Below, in pieces: positions 59,078 to 64,000 of a DNA stretch of 64,000 bases. The notes under the pieces were generated by a model. It searched no databases, had not been told where the DNA came from, and saw only the letters and a list, made by a program, of their open reading frames with translations. Made by a program: the position numbers and the translations under genes. The stretch covers positions 299,894,001-299,958,000 of the forward strand of contig OZ024741.1 in assembly GCA_964016885.1 (NCBI GenBank), in the 5' to 3' direction. The first letter of the stretch is position 1. Each line of letters begins with the position of its first letter. Source of the stretch: Eledone cirrhosa (lineage: Eukaryota).

Positions 59078-61927
59078 TGTATGTATATACGTATGCATGT
59101 GTGTAATACATATATATAAATTTGCGCGCGAGTGAGTATGTGTGTGTGCATGAGAATGTGTGTTTGTGTGTGCCTGTAGCGAGAAAATTGAATGATTATT
59201 TAAGCAATATTTGTATACACATATGAAAAGAAATTACTGCAGATAGAATATTTATGTATATATATATATTTTTTTTGCCTATGTGTGTGTTTGTATGTAC
59301 ATCTGTGTTTACATGTTTGTGTGTATATGTGTGAGTATGTGAGTGTATATGCAAAGGAAATATCAACAAGAAGACAAACTGCTCTATATACAAACAGAGA
59401 GCTAATATGTATATGATTGTTACACACATTATGCCAATTATATCCAATAAACAATAAACAGGACAGGGTAATATTCCAACTCTGGTTAATATGCAAATAT
59501 TGTTATTTTCTATAATGATTAGTCTGATTGAATAGTTATTCTATGCTTCCATACGGACTAGTAGGTAGCTTGTCTAGGTTTTAAAATATGCCTAAAACAC
59601 GTCTACTGCTTGTCCGATTAATAGTCCTCCATTTGAGGATAAGCTAGACAATTGCAATTATGATACTTGCAATTAATATGGGCTTTACGTAATGCCAAGC
59701 GTTCGATTATGTCATATATTTTCACTTGGTTTCATAAAATATGAAGCTGTGTATTAGTATCGTGTTCAATATGTGGGCGTATTTGTAGTATCGGTAGAGA
59801 GCAAGACGTTTGCAGTATTAAGTAACGTCTTTCTAAGTTTTGAACACAAAGGCTGTTGTGGTCAACTTCGCTATTGTTCCTTCGTTACTGGAGTTGATGT
59901 AATCAAGTTTGCTCTACCCTCAAATTTGCTGGCCTCGTGCCTCAATTAGAAGCCAATATAGTGTTAAATATGATTGAGTCCTTTTGTAGGTTTTTCCTGA
60001 CTTTCTTACTTAAATGAAACCAATGATATGCGGAATTATCAATCTCGTAAGTTTATAATTCTAATTGTTTACAAATTATGCTCAGCCGATTTTGAAAAAC
60101 AGTAAGTTAAAAAGCCGTTGCATTTTTCCCACAGAGATTCTCTCCTCGAACATAACAATACCAGAGACGTAGCAAAAGGTTCTTAACATCAACAACAATA
60201 AAGTTGGTATGAATCTTATAATAAGGTATATGATACTCACTCGTTTTTATTACAGGAATCTACGTCATCACTAGTTTTATATTTTGTATTGTTGAACGGA
60301 CACGCCTAGATAAGTGTGTTATTTTATGGTGCCCTTGTACCAAACAGAATAGCACGAAAATATTGGAAAAATATATTTCCCCGCCAACTATGCGGTATCT
60401 TAATCTTCACGGAACACGTTTCTTCCAGTCGAGATTACATTATGTGAAAGGCTATTTCTATATAATGCAAATCCATTCACAACTTAACAGATGAATAAAT
60501 AAATTATCAAATAACTGTAATTGATTAAACACCGTATATACATCATTGCAAACATTTAGTGATCCTAGCGCAAACACACTTACGAAATTATCGTTTACTC
60601 CTGATCAAGTAATCTGTCAATACCTTTCTACACTCTTACACTGATTTGCAAACATAACTTCATAAATCATTTCATTTATTAATTAATCTTTTTCTTTCAG
60701 TCTATTCATTCACCGACTGAGGCGCAACGTCTAAAATCATTATTAAACTCGACTGCCATCGCCACTAATACGAGCAACAAAAGCAAGATATTTGCGCCAC
60801 TCTTATTCCTATCGCCAAGATTGTTGATAAGTCTACTAGAAAGCCCCAGTTATAATCATAGTGTGTTTTCCTTATAAAAGGAAAGATCATATTATATAAT
60901 GTCTAAAAGTATAAAAAAAACATTAAATAGCTTTGTTTTGGCTGCTTTTCAATATAGATCGTCTAGATTGTTGCTGATCTGCATGTAATCTTCATGAAGA
61001 GTATGGGGATAATAGTAGCAAAATCCTATTATTTGCATTGCAGGGGACTGTTTGATGTGTTCGTATTTATGAAGTGTATGTAAGCCCCCTTTTACTGTAG
61101 TCTTTGATTCAGGTTCTCATTGTAGCCCTACGTAAAATATGGTCAACAGTGTGAAAACCCAAAATTATTTAGACATAGCAATGATGTATTCTTAGGTATA
61201 TCTATAACTACATTATCGAAAGTCTCCTTCGTTATGGAAGGCGGTAAATTGTGATTTTAGGGATATTTGGACGTCCTTACACGTGCGTCGAATGGTGCCA
61301 GAGATCCAAACTCTATGTACAACATACAATTCCTGACTTGTTATGTAGGATGTTAAGTTATGGTGTGAGGGATAATTCGTTGTTATTACGTGCATATCGA
61401 ATGGTGGCAGAACAGAAGATAACATTTGTTAAATTTACATAACAAGTGCTATATACAACGCAATGTATTGAGAACTAGGTAAAATGCAGCAGCGTGAGAT
61501 AAGTTAGTTAGCTCTGAACAAAAGACATTGGCTGTGAAAGGGAAGAAAATGTTAAGAAAATGTCTTCTTGTTCAGTGGGTTATCAAATAAACGTTCTGCG
61601 CAGTCTTAGATAATCAGAAATCCATCAGATATTAGCTCAAGTAGATAATCATCCAGGTCTCAATAATTAATGATAAAGCATATTCTTAATATTTATTAAG
61701 CGAATACATTCCTTCAAACCAAAATATAAAAATAAAATGTATAGTGTCTACATTAGCAAGAGCTTGTTTCCCAAACACGTACATTTCTCGTAACACATGG
61801 TATAAACAGACTGCACACGTAAAAACACACAGGCACACAGAAAAATACTGATAAATATACACACGGACACAACACACCCACACACACACACAATTTTGGC
61901 CCAGGTTTAATCTGGGCCGCCTATTAT

Positions 61928-61994
<67 letters not shown>

Positions 61995-62180
61995 AGGTAA
62001 CTCTCTCTTGTGTCGTTATTTTAATTTTATCCTTTATACTCTTCCCTTCATTCTACACATCTCACACATCTTATACACACCACGCATCTCAACGTACACC
62101 CATTTACATCTCTCTCTCCACCACCGGACCTTGTTACCCGGAGATTTACCCATTTGCATTGTCGAGGCTTCCAAACGATT

Positions 62181-62247
<67 letters not shown>

Positions 62248-63596
62248 CAGGAAAGAAGGTTGACATGGTTTGCTATACAAAAAAGGTTTTTAATCTCATA
62301 GCTGACAATTGTTTCTCTGAACTAGTAGGTCTAGAGATCGCTATTCGCTTGTTTTCACGTTACTCGATCGCCAATACAAAATTATAACCAGTCAGTTCTT
62401 CGGAGCGTGCGAGAATGAAGAGAATATACAGGCATGAAAAGAATATACAGGCTACTATATGAAGTAGTAATGGCATTCAATTAGAACAATAACAACAATT
62501 ACAACAATACTATTAATAAATTATTTGAGGAGACCCTGACATTACTTAGGTGGGGAGTATAGTGTATCTAAGATTTCGGCGTATAAAACTAGCTGACATG
62601 AAGCAGAAGTAAAAGTTTGGCATGTACAGATTATCGTAGTGTGTATCAATTTTAAATTTTAAAGATAAGCTGGTGTTTACAGTCTTTCTTTTCATCTTCA
62701 ATAACATACATGAGTGGGACAACACTGTCAAAGCTAAATAGTGGGCGAGTTAATACAGAGGTTAAGGAGGTAATATACACATATATTTAAACACACACAC
62801 ACACACACACATACACACACACATATATATATATATATACACACATGCATGTGTACATAGACACATACATACACATCAATATACACTCGTACAAAAAGAT
62901 ACATACATGCAAAGAGATAAGCGTGCTAATTGTAATTATAGCAAAAGGAAGGTAAAGTTACATTGCAGAAGTGATTTGAGAAAAACTTGGATTTAGGATC
63001 AAATGATGACAGCAGCTGAGAAGGAATAAGTTTGTGGGTTGATGAGGTACTTACAGACATTTGTGTGGTATAGACCTGTGAAGGCTAGAGTGTACTTAAT
63101 GAGTATATTTCTGTGGTGATTTATGCAGGGCAGAGGGTATCCTAATTTAAAGCTATGTTGTGTTGGTTCGATTCACGGAGGTTGGAATCTTATGAATTTA
63201 GTTGCAATTCTATGTCTGCAGAAGATAGATCTTTCTAACTTATTGTTAACTAGCCTTTTTACATTTTTGAGGATATACATTAGTTCTAGATCACATAGCC
63301 CGCGGTGGGACATACCTGTACTATAGGTTTTAGCAGCCGACAACTTCGACCAGTTAATACTGTAGTTAGTGCTGCTGCTTCAGTTCCCATATTTTTTTGG
63401 CGAGGGTTGGGGAACCCATAAGTGCACGGTTTTTCATTGAGTGCCTGTGCACATACCATCTTTTTTTAAAAGAACCCGCGGTGGATCCTATGTAACTATG
63501 TAATTCCAGGTGGAGTTATCCGAGATGACCGTGCACATGTATACTATAACTGGACTATACCTAAGTGGACTGCATCTAACTAGTATTTGTTACCCC

Positions 63597-64000
<404 letters not shown>

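Noticed and set aside
60255-60495. ~79-codon open frame after an acceptor-like ttacag
   Set aside because: No recognisable domain or partner exons; compatible with chance.
62294-62412. Hammerhead-like motif on the minus strand (CCGAAGA...GAAACAAUUGUC)
   Set aside because: Core U4 is mutated and the stems are imperfect; a likely dead PLE relic, so not called as a ribozyme.

Overview
AT-rich eukaryotic DNA saturated with microsatellites ((TA)n, (CA)n, (GA)n, (TTA)n, (GAT)n). Its SINEs and RTE 3' ends resemble octopod cephalopod genomes, but the taxon is an inference. I recognise no host protein-coding gene: every recognisable ORF is transposon-derived and most short ORFs in the track are microsatellite artefacts. 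Main structures: (1) A 12.4 kb chain (30.8-43.2 kb) of four co-oriented R4/Dong-type RLE retrotransposons joined by (TAA)n spacers. A full-length Tx1-clade LINE sits in one spacer in the opposite orientation, and its ORF1-ORF2 spacer looks like a 52-nt intron whose removal fuses the ORFs in frame. An older scrambled cluster of the same three families lies at 1.1-5.6 kb. (2) Many Penelope-like elements (PLEs) and their terminal repeats, carrying at least seven hammerhead ribozyme motifs with intact cores. In all three inverted-repeat pairs that carry a hammerhead, one arm's ribozyme is disabled. (3) Repeated small inverted duplications centred on (TA)n tracts. Also present: RTE LINE fragments, a CRE-like RLE fragment, two Tc1/mariner transposase fragments and tRNA-derived SINEs.
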